A stretch of 62,232 bases of DNA, counting the filler, from Rhabdomonas costata (lineage: Eukaryota): assembly GCA_019059605.1 (NCBI GenBank). It is 30 parts of 30 records of this genome, joined end to end, with 100 filler letters (N's around TTAATTAATTAA, not from the genome) between each part and the next. Parts side by side here need not be neighbours in the genome. Positions count along the whole stretch, not along the records: positions 60,257 to 62,232 come from JAHMHO010006808.1; 29 more parts are not named here. The stretch is one strand, 5' to 3'. Both the position numbers and the translations under genes were made by a program. Positions within the stretch are counted from its first letter, which is position 1. Every line of letters begins with the position of its first letter. Positions 61,088 to 62,232 of the stretch are shown here, piece after piece. The notes under the pieces were generated by a model that had not been told where the DNA came from, ran no database searches, and saw nothing but the letters and a program-made list of their open reading frames with translations.

Positions 61088-62232
61088 CTGATGAAGCAGA
61101 AGAAGCACGCATGCTGACGGTTGGCACACAACCCGAAGCAGGAGAACACAACTCTACGAAAGAGGGCGGATGTGAAGCTCAAAGCTATCGCTGCGTCCAC
61201 TTGTTCCTCCGCTTGATGTCATACAGCAACCGCGGCAAAGCAGTAGCCGACCTCACTACAACTACTTGTGGACAGGTCCTGCTGCTACGAATCCTAGCCA
61301 AGCCAAACTGGAGAGCATGTGATCGCTGGGAATTGGGAGACGAGAACGGGCGGCGGCGGGGGGGGGGGATGGCAAACGCACCGGTCCTCAAAGTCCCATG
61401 CGTTTCTCAAAGCCACCTCCAGCGCCCGCTCAGATGAGAAGCCCAGCTTCTCGTGGGGCATCGTGCCGAAGGCTTAGTCCACACGCGCACACAAAACGAT
61501 GAGCGATCAAGAGTCGCACGCACAATTGGCACAAAGCAACATTCGACACGCCAGAGGCCGCGCAGACAACGTCGCAAAGCGGCAAAAAGGCATGAAGATA
61601 GGTGAAAGGACCACCTAACGATGTGTGCGTGCAACACAAGACTCGGAGCGCAGGGGTCGCGCAATCAAACAATACCGGAACTCTTGCCAGCTTTCCCTCT
61701 TCACAAACCAACAATGCCAGTGTGAGGAAGCACACCAGGAGCAAAACTTTTCAATGGCCCTGTCTGCACAAAACAGCGTGGGCAGACTCCCACTTCGTTT
61801 CAGCCGGCACATAGGGCTTGCCATTGCCATTGCACTTGTCACTTTTTCTCAAGTGATTGTTTTATTCACCAGCCATGAAAGTCGAGAAAATTTGACCCCA
61901 CGAGGTTGAAAACGTCACACAATTTAGAGTTCGGTAGGGGGATGCTCTTCCCAATACCAGAGATCAGAGAAACACTGAGGACGGCAAAAAGGGAGGATAT
62001 GACGAAGTGGAGGGAGGCGGGGTGGGGGGGACAGAAGATAGCAGTGCCGAGAAGAACACGGAATGTTCGCAAGGGGTGGCATCACCTGGGGGAGTTCTGA
62101 AAGGCGAGTCTAACTTGTCGGCAAACCTCTGCATCCTATGAGCGAGCACAAGGCAACGGGTACAGCGAAAAGAACCAGAAGGCACTCACCCCACCAAGCT
62201 TACGCTCCTGCGCGGGAATGGGAAAAAACAAC

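Overview
This window is not one locus. It is 30 unlinked contigs of about 1.98 kb each, joined by identical artificial 100-nt spacers (N44-TTAATTAATTAA-N44), so gene neighbourhood across spacers means nothing. Most contigs begin with a G/T-only run and end with an A/C-only run, which suggests whole-genome-amplified (single-cell or few-cell) material. 29 contigs look like nuclear DNA of an intron-rich protist (about 50% GC by eye, standard genetic code). Their 5' splice sites are mostly GT(G/A)Y rather than GTRAG, which points to a euglenid or other euglenozoan (inference). Manual splicing recovers parts of RPB1, a MAP kinase, mitochondrial intermediate peptidase, an XRCC4-like protein, formiminotransferase (FTCD), an alpha-kinase, a striatin-like WD40 protein, kinesin-13, an acid-lipase-like hydrolase, a POLD3-like protein, an RNF213-like AAA+ protein, Josephin, P4- and P5A-type ATPases, D-aminoacyl-tRNA deacylase, a dsRBD protein, a compact USP-type deubiquitinase and an ADP-ribosyltransferase-like ORF, plus two decayed CRE-like non-LTR retrotransposon fragments. 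The outlier is contig 12476-14453: very AT-rich, intronless, with two tandem giant-virus (Nucleocytoviricota, Mimiviridae-like) capsid genes. All protein calls come from motif recognition by eye; no database search was run.
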